A program made the translations under genes and the position numbers. Source: Callorhinchus milii (lineage: Eukaryota). Taken from it: a stretch of DNA of 64,000 bases. The DNA lies in the NCBI RefSeq assembly GCF_018977255.1, contig NW_024704767.1, positions 1 to 64,000 on the forward strand, given 5' to 3'. Shown piece by piece: positions 1 through 9,500 of this stretch (its first letter is position 1; every line of letters begins with the position of its first letter). The notes beneath the pieces were generated by a model. It was given only the letters and a program-made list of their open reading frames with translations, had not been told where the DNA came from and searched no databases.

Positions 1-80
1 GGTTGGGGCTGTTGGGGGTCTGGGGGTCAGGGGGGGGGGTCTGGGGCTGGGGTCAGGGGGACTGGGGTCAGGGGCTGGAC
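1..80. repeat. G-run low-complexity repeat (GGGGT/GGGGCT units), probably MTFMT intron 1
   Basis: More than 8 runs of GGGG or longer separated by 1-4 nt. Confidence 0.75.
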
Positions 81-677
81 CTGTAAACCACTGGGCCTCC
101 AGAGATTTTAACCTGACTGTCACTGGGGGGGGGGGTGCGGGGGTTGCGATTCTTTCTACTCGGTTTCTGTTAACACTGCAAAGCCAAAGCCCCCGTTGCG
201 TTGGGTGGTTTGTGGTTGGATAAGGCAGTGCCAGGCGGTGTGCACCACCACCACAACAACAACAACAAACTACATTTGTACAGTGCCGCCTTTCACGTCG
301 CGAGCACCTTAGGCGTTCACAATGGGAAGCAATTGGAACCTATTTGGCTGGAACAAACTCCCATTAGTTCTCTCTCGCTCTCTCTCCCACCACCTCCCAA
401 CACACGTGCTGGAATCTCCCAAGCCTCCGCTCTTGCCGATCTGCGCCTAAACATTCCGGGAGCAGGGCGCGTCTCTCAAGGAATGAGCGACACGCAATTC
501 TAGACAGATAGAGATTCACCTGCATGCGTTGAATCCTCAAATCACCTGGTTTGGAGCCTCTTGAGCACGGTGCTGGTTTTCCATCTGTCCGAACGAAAGA
601 AAATCTGATGAATGACTTTTGACAATTCCCACTGTTTTCTGGCTCTGGATCTCAACGATGCATGTATTTTTCCGCAG

Positions 678-3600
678 GCATTTGGAGACCGGTGAGGTGC
701 TGATAGACAGGCTGGAAGTCGTGACCTTGTCAGCTGGTTATCCCAGTAAACTCCCAGTGAGGAAATACGCGAGTCAGAGTGACATTCCCATCCATGATTG
801 GCCAGACCTAGGACAGTGCAATGACTTTGACGTTGGAGTGGTTGTGTCGTTTGGGAGTTTGCTCAGTGAGGAACTTATTCTCCGGTTTCCATAGTAAGTA
901 ACTGTCTTTTCTGTATCACCTTTTCCTGTTAAAAAAGACACTCTATTCCAAACATAGGTACAACAACGTACGTTTCTGATTGTGACTTGTCAATTTATTT
1001 ACAACAACATGTTAAAATTCTTGTCATCAAAGTGATTTAGAGGAACGCCGAGGATAAAGTAAAAGGAATTTAGAAGCAACTGAAGGCACAATCAAACAAA
1101 TGGGTCTTTATGTTTTAAAAAGCAGAGACGGAGTAAGTGAGGCAAAGTATGGGAAAGAAGTGCCACAAGGAAAGAATGTGGTGCTGAAAGGTTGGCCTCT
1201 GATAATGAGCCAGGGACTGAGGAACAATCTAAATGTGTGGATGGGAATTGGTTATGGAAAAAAATGGACTGAGAGGATAGAACGAGGGAGTGGAGGGAGT
1301 TGAAATGCGATGACGAGGATTGGAAAAGGATCTGCTGAAGGACAGTGAGCCATTGGAACTTAATACGGCTGGAATCACAGTTTACTGGGCCACAGCTCTT
1401 GCCCTTTCCAGATATAGTTTGTTTTACACTTTGTGCGTACGCTTATTCAAGCTGCTTTCTGTCTGTATTTTTATTGCTCGTTTTTAATGCGGTCTCTCTC
1501 TTGTCCCCAGCGGAATATTAAACGTACATCCAAGTCTTCTTCGAGATGGAGGGACCTGCTCCTGTGTTTCACACCGTACTTCATGGCGATCAGGTGACTG
1601 GCGTGACGATCATGCAGATCAGACCAAAAAGGTACCTTTACCTATCAGAGACTAGTAATGCCACGAGCCGCTGAGAACAAGTAGATAAAGAGGTCAACGA
1701 ATGAGATTTCCTTTCTCCCAAGAAACCAATTTTTAACATAAAGTCCATTCAACAGACAAAGGAAAATCACTGAGATGCCACCTGTTAATAAGAGCCTGTT
1801 GTTGTTAAACCCTGTTTTCAATGCTTCAGCTATTGCTAGTTGTTCAAAGTCTGAATTGATTTGATTGATCTGAAAATGCGTTGACATACTGTATCATCTA
1901 CACAGGTTTGATGTTGGCCCCATAGTAATGCAGAAGGAATGCGCTGTACCCACACGGTGCACAGCCAACGAGCTAGGGTGATGTTGGCAGAGGCTGGTGC
2001 TGACATGGTAAGCAGTTACCTTTGGGATTCTGTGTAGGCACCCGTCCTTAATATTCAAAATACCAAAGGCTCACATGAATTAAAATACATAAAGACCATT
2101 CTTTGAGGTTGCACCAAGATCACACAACAGTTTCAGGCGAAGTAGGTCTTTCTGACTGGTCGACCTCATAATTTTCCTACAAATGTACAGTCAATGCATA
2201 CTACAGTAAATCCTGTGAAGAGCTTTGAGACATTTTACATTCTGTGCTTAATATTTGCTGAGTTTATGAAGCCATGCACACAGGCCAGTCTTTCCAGTGT
2301 AATCTTATGTGGATTCATTGTGTTTCAGCTCCTGGCGACATTGAAAAAGCTACCCGAATGCATTGAGAATAGCAGGGAACAGTCCAAGAAAGGAGCCACA
2401 TTTGGTGAGTTTCAGCTGATACTCAAGAGTCTTGCGCTAGTTCTAATGGATCATTATTGGTGGGTGTTAACAAAGAGGCAGGGAGTGGATGGATGCCTGT
2501 GGCCGTTCCTAGCATAGAGAGCTGTTGATGTGTTTTACGAAAACTCAAAATAATAATCATTGTGCAAAAGGAACTGATCTCATTACCCATTATCTTTGTT
2601 TCCAGCTCCAAAGATCAATATTGCAATGAGCTGGGTGAACTGGGAGGAACAGACATCAGAGGAAACTGGACAGACTGAACCGAGCAATAAGTTGCAGAGT
2701 AAGTGCTCTGGGGATTTCAGTGTAAGAAACTAATTTTGGTGAATTTTATCATTTTACTGCTATGGCAATGTTGATTCAAGTGTGTATTAGAGAAGGGAAT
2801 TATTGTATTTGGAATTTTTGTCTCATAAAACTTCTTATCAATCTATCTACTATTTTATGGTTAGCTTTCTGCTCTCAGGCCTGGTTCAGTGGTGCCCTGG
2901 GGACAGTAATCTTCGATCCTCGTCAGCGTCATCCTTCGGTGGACATTTGCCCCAATCTAGGCTGTCCTTCAGCAGGTCGGAGGGTAAAGACTTAAATACC
3001 TTCTAATTCTGTGGCCCAGGGAATGGAGCAGGGTGGAGGCAATGAGACAGGAAGGAAAAAAACAAATGGACAATGAAAAAAAAACTAGGGGAAGAGGTTC
3101 TGTAAACCATAGCTGTTCTATCATTGTGTGAAAAATCCAACTGACAGACGCTGGAATTATTGGTGTTTCTCAATAAGGTGCACAGATTTCCAAATAAAAT
3201 TGTTAGCTAGACTCTGAGGCCAGGTTGGGTGGTTGGCAATCTCCCTGATGTTTTGCTGTTGCTCTAGGTTCCCCTGCGGACTCTGTGGATGGGAAACACA
3301 GTGAAGCTCTTGGATTTTGTGGACTTGCGCGACCTTCCCTTTTCCCAGGTAGATTTTGTGTGTTTCGGGAGTTGCAGCTGCCAAATTGAAATGGAACTGA
3401 GGGCTGAATTTTCTTAATCCGATGGATTTTAGTCTGCGTTTCAAAATGTGAGTTTTGAGCAATCGAGAATCGCTTGATTTGCACGAAAATTAATTGTACT
3501 TCTTGAGGCATTTTTAAGTTTTAAATAGAAGTACATGGAACTGTAAAGGGCAGCCAAACTAATGGAGGTGCTCAGTTTAAAGCATATGAATGTCTGATTC

Positions 3601-4744
3601 ATTCACAAGAAATAATAAGAATTCAGCAATGAAGCCCATTCTGCAAACACTTGTGAATAGGTAAATATACCAAACACAATCAGTTATGGGACCTATTCCA
3701 GGTTCCTTTCGAATGATGGTTACTTTGTCTTCTTATTTGAAGTGCAGAGTATCACTGTTGCCTCAAAGACATGTAAAATTCAGTGTGAGACATGCCTTTT
3801 TGCTCGTTAGTAGAAAGTCTGCGTTGTTGTTGTAATGCAACAAATCCCACCTGTGCTTAAAGCACAAGGAAAATAGCTTGAAGCTGTGATTTATTGTAAT
3901 TCAATAATCCGACTAATTTTTTTGTTTTGCTTTCTGTAGCTGTGACACAGCAGTCAATTCCTGGCACCATCCAGTTCCATAAAGAATCGAATATCCTGCT
4001 GGTACGCTGCAAGGTACAGGCAAATCATTGAACAGCCCCAGTCAGGCACAGCGCTGAATCCAATCCTGCTCTTGAGATTTCTAGAGTTCACCTCTAAACA
4101 TCTGCACTCTGATCAGTGTTTGTGATCTCAGTAGTTCACATACCTGTGTGATCTGTCCATATATACTAATAATCCTTGCATTAGATATAGCGCTTTTCAC
4201 ATCTTCCAGACGTCTCAAAGTATACTGAGTTACATAAATGCTATTAAGTAAGGAATCAGTTAATTGCTACTATGAATTTGACTCACAAAAAGTTTTAGGA
4301 TTGACTAATAAGTGGAGGATATGACAGATCTTAGTGTTGGGAATAAGAAGTGGGTCACCTTCTTCTTAACCTTCACCTCGCTGCATAGCATTAAGAACAA
4401 GGTACAAACAGGTTATACCTATTCACTGCGTCTGGTGTGCAGTACTGTGGCGGTGAGGAATTCACTCATGAGGCTGGTGCCGGTTTCTCTTTGCACAAGA
4501 TTGTACTGTAAACGTAAACAAGATTATTTACTCGTTGCTTTTCTTTCTGTAGGATGATTGGGTGGGTTTCAGGCTGGTGGTTCTCAAGAAGAAGCTGTCT
4601 GCAGCTGACTTTTACAATGGCTACCTCCATCGGTACTTTCAGGAAAGGACAAATGATCACAACGTGTGGCGGTTTCAAACGCACAAACCAGAACAAAGTC
4701 TGGCAAAACGAGCCAAAAGGAACTGGGTCGCCACTCATCGATAA
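678..4744 (+). CDS. MTFMT: Mitochondrial methionyl-tRNA formyltransferase, exons 2-9 (exon 1 lies upstream of the window); 5 homopolymer indels
   Basis: GT-AG exons 678-893, 1511-1631, 1906-2007, 2329-2404, 2606-2698, 3268-3348, 3940-4013, 4553-4744 (TAA). Peptides [86 protein letters not shown] and [15 protein letters not shown] follow vertebrate MTFMT in order. Confidence 0.93.
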
Positions 4745-5308
4745 CCGAAGGAAACGTATATTGCAACTGCTTTGAAGTGTTTCTCTAAGCGTAATTATTT
4801 TTATATAAAAAAAATTGATCCGATCACTTTGTGAATCTGAAGTACAGTCAGGACGGTGGGACTTAGACAGAAAACTTCAAAGCGACTGCAAGCTTGAAAT
4901 CAATATTGCACCTCATTGGGCCTCAGGCTACTTGGATTAAGCCTTCCTACAACCTGAGATGGAGCCTCGCCCAGCACTTAAGCACCAATGCAACATGCAC
5001 GCAACATTCCTTTCAAATGGAAGACTGTGTTGCTGTGTGAAACACGCTGAGACTGACCTGGTTTTCAAATCCAGACCTAAAGGCTGGGGTGTCGAGGGAA
5101 CACCTGCAATGTCCCTGTGAGAGTGAAAACTGCTGGTGGTAAAGAGACATAGGACTACAGCACAACATTTAATTTTACTTACAAGATGGAAACGTTTTAA
5201 AATGAACACAGGTCACATTCAGTTATTATATCTTTGGAGGGAGGGAAGGACTGTAAACGGGCAAAAATGAATGGTTAATCCTCCATTACATGATTGACAA
5301 GGTTGACA

Positions 5309-6391
5309 AACAACAACAACAACAAGATTCCATTTATTGAGCGCCTTTCACGTCGGGAGGATGTCCCAAGGCGCTGTACAGTTGGGTCAGGACCCGAGCA
5401 GGGGGAAAATGGTCAGGGTGAGGGGAGGAAGGGAGGGAGCGAGGAGGGGTAGAGAGTCGAGAGGGGAGCTGAAGCACGGTCAAGAGAAAGGTCTGAGACC
5501 GGCCTTGAAGGAGGAAAGGGAGGAGGCAGGCAAAGGCACTGGGGATAGAGTTCCAGAGCCTAGGGGCTGAGAGGCTGAAGGCCCGGCCACCGATAGTAGG
5601 GCGGTTGGGGCGGGCATGTGGAGCAGACCGGAGCCAGAGGAACGGAGGGTACGGGCGGGTAGGTAGGGGGATAGTAGGTCGGAGAGGTAGGAGGGAGCGA
5701 GACCGTGAATGGCCTTGTAGGTGAGGGTGAGGATCTCGAATTCGATCCTCTGGGGGATGGGGAGCCAGTGGAGGCGAGCGAGGGTGGGAGTGATGTGGTC
5801 CCGAAGCCTGGTGCGGGACAGTACACGAGCTGCAGAGTTCTGAATGACCTGCAGTGTGGAGGGAGGGCCGGGAAGGCTGCGAGGAGAGAGTTCCCATAGT
5901 CCAGCTTTGAGGTGATAAAGGCGTGGACCAGAGTTTCAGCCGCGTGAGGGGTGAGGTAGTGCCGTAGTCTGGCGACATTCCGGAGGTGATGGAAAGTGGT
6001 GCCAGTTGTGGCGCGGATATGGGGGAGAAAGGACAGCTCAGGGTCGAACAGAACCCCGAGGTTCCTGATGGCTTTGAGAGGTGGAGAGTGCAGCCTTGGA
6101 TGCTGATGCTGTCAGCGCCTGAGGTGCGGAGGCACTAACGCGAGCCAATCAGGAGGGCCTCAGTTTTGCGTACGTTGAGCTGGAGAAAGTTATCTCTCAT
6201 CCAGGACTCGATGTCAGACAGACAGCTGTCAGGACATCAGTGGTCGTGGAGTTGAGGGTAGAGGAGGAAAGGTAGAGTTGGGTGTCATCCGCATACATGT
6301 GGAAGTTAACCCCATGTCTGCGGATGATGTCACCACAGGGGGAGCATGTAGAGGGTGAAAAGGAGGGGACCGAGGACAGAGCCCTGAGGGA
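5309..6391 (-). mobile_element. 5'-truncated, degenerate L2-clade LINE (RT C-terminus, 3' tail, (TTG)n end)
   Basis: Minus-strand translations GDIIRRHGVNFHMYADDTQLYLS (YADD RT motif) and IGGRAFSLSAPRLWNSIP (L2 ORF2 C-terminus); AATAAA at 5333-5338 then a TTG microsatellite tail; broken by stops and frameshifts. Confidence 0.88.
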
Positions 6392-6580
6392 CAAACAATA
6401 GGCAGTGATTTTATACAGAAAGTGACTTGAGTGGGAAGGTTTCCCAGGGCAGTTCTTGGTTTCAGCCAAGGGAGGGCATCAGCTTATTGAACACATTGCA
6501 CGAAAGAGGAAAATCCAGGCAGTGAGAGGGATGATTGCAGTGTCACAATGTAAAGTTCTCTGCAACAACGCTGTGCTGGT

Positions 6581-9500
6581 TCAGGGAACACCACTCCCAA
6601 GTTCTGATTGAGATGGTTTGATCAAAGGCAGATACCACTGGAATTTAAAAAAAAGAAGCACAATTAAGAGATTTCAGAGAAAGCAGTGAAATATTTTTGC
6701 CACAATTGAAAATCTGTCTGGGTAGGCAATTAAGGGTCAGAATAGATCACACCAAACTCACTTGTTCACTCATTCCAGCTATTTTTCTTCCTTCTGTGTT
6801 GAAAGGGGCTTTAAGTAGCCTTTAAAATAGGTCCGGACCAGATTGTGAAATGTGGCCAAGGTGTCCTGGGGAAAGAAAGAGAGTTTGTTTTAATGTCAAT
6901 TAACACATTTCATGTAGGGCAAATGTCTGGAATTGCTTCACAAAGAGGGAGGAAAGAGTCAGGGAGAATTTAAGGGTGTGGTGCATAAGGACACTGAGCG
7001 AGGCACAGTCACAGAGAAGGGTTTTGATTTAGTGTTGGCTCTGATTGTAGAGCAATCAAATTTACAGTAGGGAAGGAAAAGGAGTAGCCCTCCCCACTCC
7101 CCACCACACAACCTCCACCTTAGTTCCTTTGTGAATAAGGACAATTAAGAGCATATAATTCAGAGGCAAATGCTTAATACGAAGAAGCTGCACACAGCAG
7201 CTCTAGACTAATATGAGAATCGGGCATTGCACCTTTTCTTCTTCTGAGCAGATGTAAGTGAACCACCTCAAGCCTGTCGCCACGTGTGTGATTTCATCCC
7301 TGTAGATAATCTCGAGAAGCCTCACAGAGCTCTGGTCTGCCTGCGCCGCAAAGCGAGCCAGCATCTGAGGGTGCACGTCTAAACCCCTTCAGAGACAGCA
7401 ACACAGAGGTCAGGACCGAGGAAAGACAATTCATCTCAATAAAGCCCATCCCACCAGTACATTGTATATTTCGCCCACAAAATACACAGTTAATTCACTT
7501 TACAATATATTCTGTAAAGCACTTTGAGACGTCTCAACGACGTGATAAGGTGCTATATCAAATGCAAGGATTATTATTATTATTACTACATCGATTCTCC
7601 CATCAGTGCACACCCAGAGTCTTTTGCCTTGCTTGGTAAATTGTTTCAAAGCAGTTATAATTGAGTAATGAATATTTCCTAATGTTGCTTCTAAATTTAC
7701 CATTCACCACTTCTCATTTATGGCCTTACTGTGCAGCTGTCTGTCCTGATCTTATTTTACTGTATTACCAATAGGCTCCCTGCAAACCACACCATTGGCA
7801 TTACTTTCAACAGCTGCAGACAGTATATATACACACACACAGTTGCCAGAGTTTTAAAAACTAATGAGCAATCAGGTACAAAGGGAAAATGCAGATTTCA
7901 AACATGTTAAACCCACACAGACACAACACAGTGCACCTGGCCATTCAGACCTTATATTTCAGTGTTAAGGAATGTATATCCTTAATATTGACCTTCAGAC
8001 CAGATCAGTATTAAGGATATACATTCATCATACTGAAATGATTATCAATCTTCTTAATCTCAACCACATCAACAGTTGGAACCAGGAAACAGAGGGACAG
8101 TGATTCTGGGGAGATAATAGTGGGCAACTCGCCAATTCCTGCCATTCAATTAGTGAGGCACAGGTTACAGAGATGGTGTTAATGCAGAGGAAATGGAGAC
8201 CACTATTGGGAAATATTCAATGGGGGGGGGGGGGGGGGGGGGATGCTATAAGGTAAATACTTGACCCAGTTAAGAAATATTCATTACCTGGCTTCATGCA
8301 CCATGTGTACAATGGCAAGTCGTGCCAATAAGTCACTGGCCGTGTCAGACGCCGACTGCCACAAACCTGATGAAATGAATTCACACAATTAGAAAATTGT
8401 GTTTGTTACAAACAAAATTAAAAAATAAAAACACACAACATCCCCCATGCACAATCGTGGAAATTGAGATGCGATTTGCGGTATAGATTGTTCGCCTACA
8501 AAATACACAGTAAATCCTGTGAAGCGCTTTGAGACTCCCCCTGATGTGAAAGGCGCTTTACAGCATGTAAGGATTATTATGGGATATTATTGAATCTTGC
8601 CAGAACAGCGTTGCCGGGGGTCAATGCAGTAAGTATTTACAATACTGGAAGGAATTTATCAGATTCTCGGGATTCCTTAATTTCTCAGGTTTTCTTAGGC
8701 AATGATGGGTTTTGTGAAACGATCTCTGATCAGAGCGGGAGGACCCGAGGATTTACACAGGCTGACAGTGAGCTGGCTGACCGTTATGTACCGGTAGTGC
8801 TCCAAAATAACTGCCCAGCTCCTTGATCCTGTTCGCCAACAGCTTGTAATGCTGAAAATCAAAGAGAAGATTCAATGAATATGCAGCTGCAGAGACTCTG
8901 GAGGAAACGGATTCAATTTAAAACCAATGGGAGCAGTCTGGTCTGACCTTGGCCTCCTCTCCCGCCACTCTAACAAAGTCGCTGAAGAATTCTAGGGGCA
9001 ATGACCGCCCATTCTTCAGCTTCACCATGGAAAAGCGAGCGATGATGTCCCACGAGAGGTCTATAGCCCACTGCTCGATGTTGGCAAGTGAATGCAGCAA
9101 CGCTATCCGGCTGGCCTGGGAAATACACAAGCCCCACCGAGGCAGGTTAGTCCACACAACCACATCAGTCAACTCGGAGGTGTATTGGGGAGGGACTGTC
9201 TTAGACATTACGAGAGAAGGTTGGGTGAAGAAGGTTCTTCGGCCAATTTGAACTAGTCAGCAAACATGCTGCGCTCATCTCCCACCCACCCCAGCTCAGA
9301 GCAATATCCAGAGTGCCTCTTACTAACCAGGGTGCCACCTTTGCCCCTCTTGATCCTGCCCGGCTGCAGCACCTTGAGGTTCTCCTGTCTGCTGGGCTGT
9401 GGTGGGACATCTCCATGGCCAACCTCTCTGATTTTACCTGAGGTCCACCACTTCTCCACTTGGTCTGTCAGGGTTACCTGTGTCCAGGGGGAGAAGGGGA

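Noticed and set aside
678-4744. MTFMT as a pseudogene
   Set aside because: Lesions are only 1-nt homopolymer indels; splice sites and residues are conserved, so assembly error is more likely
5334-5978. 214-aa ORF as a host gene
   Set aside because: A frameshifted remnant of L2 ORF2
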